From: Candidatus Hadarchaeota archaeon
GTDB taxonomy: Archaea > CAYQAE01 > CAYVLA01
Assembly: GCA_964452145.1 (NCBI GenBank)
Contig: CAYVLA010000075.1
Span: 1-15,790 of the forward strand
Length of the DNA: 15,790 nt
Reading direction: 5' to 3'
The notes beneath the pieces are model-generated. The model saw only the letters and a program-made list of their open reading frames with translations, searched no databases and was not told the DNA's origin. Made by a program: the position numbers and the translations under genes. Shown piece by piece: positions 15,334-15,790 of the stretch (positions within the stretch are counted from its first letter, which is position 1; every line of letters starts with the position of its first letter).

Positions 15334-15790
15334 CTGAGGACAAGATTCGAGACCCACCCTGTCGACCTCTACGTCTGCCTACTTCTCTCCGCGGCCATCG
15401 CAACCGTGATCTACCTCGCCGTCACCGGACCTTTGAGGATAATCCTGGGCCTTCCTTTCGTGCTCTTCGTGCCCGGCTACGTCTTCATCTTTGCCCTCTT
15501 CCCCGAGAAACCGGGCCGGCATAAGGGGATAGAACCGATCGAGAGGGTGGCTCTCTCACTGGGGATGAGCATAGCGATCGTGCCCCTCATCGGCCTAGGC
15601 CTGAACTACACGCCCTGGGGCATCAGGCTTGAACCCATACTCATCTCGCTGTTGATCTTCGTCGCGGGATCGAGCGTGTTTGGGGTGTACAGGTGGAGGA
15701 GGCTGGAGGCGGAGAGAAGGCACGTCATAGAGTTGCAGGTCGGATGGCTCTCTCTCGGGCAGACCCGCCTCGACATGGCCCTCACCGTGG
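15334..15790 (+). CDS. DUF1616-family archaeal membrane protein (5' part; runs off the window; absent from the ORF track)
   Basis: Frame 1 reads ...PVDLYVCLLLSAAIATVIYLAVTGPLRIILGLPFVLFVPGYVFIFALFP...IEPIERVALSLGMSIAIVPLIGLGLNYTPWGIRLEPILISLL, the characteristic DUF1616 N-terminal membrane region. The frame is closed upstream by TAA at 15277-15279. The start is inferred at CTG 15334. Confidence 0.88.
   Translation, partial: MRTRFETHPVDLYVCLLLSAAIATVIYLAVTGPLRIILGLPFVLFVPGYVFIFALFPEKPGRHKGIEPIERVALSLGMSIAIVPLIGLGLNYTPWGIRLEPILISLLIFVAGSSVFGVYRWRRLEAERRHVIELQVGWLSLGQTRLDMALTV

Noticed and set aside
437..15357. Numerous antisense and alternate-frame ORFs in the track (e.g. 477-1070, 11675-12349, 14464-15135)
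   Set aside because: They are Arg/Pro/Ser-rich shadow ORFs expected in GC-rich DNA, and they overlap well-supported genes.
1..15790. CRISPR array, tRNA/rRNA, transposase, integrase, intein or recoded stop codons
   Set aside because: I saw no regularly spaced repeats, cloverleaf or rRNA signatures, or mobile-element motifs. All recognisable domains are uninterrupted under the standard code.

Overview
This is a GC-rich window from an apparently archaeal genome. The evidence is TATA-like boxes about 30 nt upstream of starts, GGAGGTGA-type ribosome-binding sites, a DUF1616-like gene, PEF-CTERM-like C-termini and abundant N-glycosylation sequons in exported proteins. The left half (302-7162) holds four membrane-anchored surface proteins: an exported WD40 beta-propeller, a DOMON/CBM9-like protein, a class I glutamine amidotransferase (GATase)-like protein and an Ig-like plus collagen-repeat protein. 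A small lower-GC orphan gene sits among them. The right half holds a signal-peptide-less multidomain GH9 glycoside hydrolase, an ABC-2 exporter pair with an inverted repeat bracketing its TATA-like box, a SEC-C protein fused to an Xre/MbcA/ParS-like motif and a Cys-rich C-terminal domain, and a truncated DUF1616-like gene whose only plausible start is CTG. I saw no rRNA, tRNA, CRISPR array, integrase or transposase. I cannot demonstrate a coherent new system. The best leads are the cytoplasmic GH9 with an extra C-terminal domain, the variant IPE/VGE sorting signals, the SEC-C fusion and the CTG starts. All family assignments come from motif recognition by eye, not database searches.
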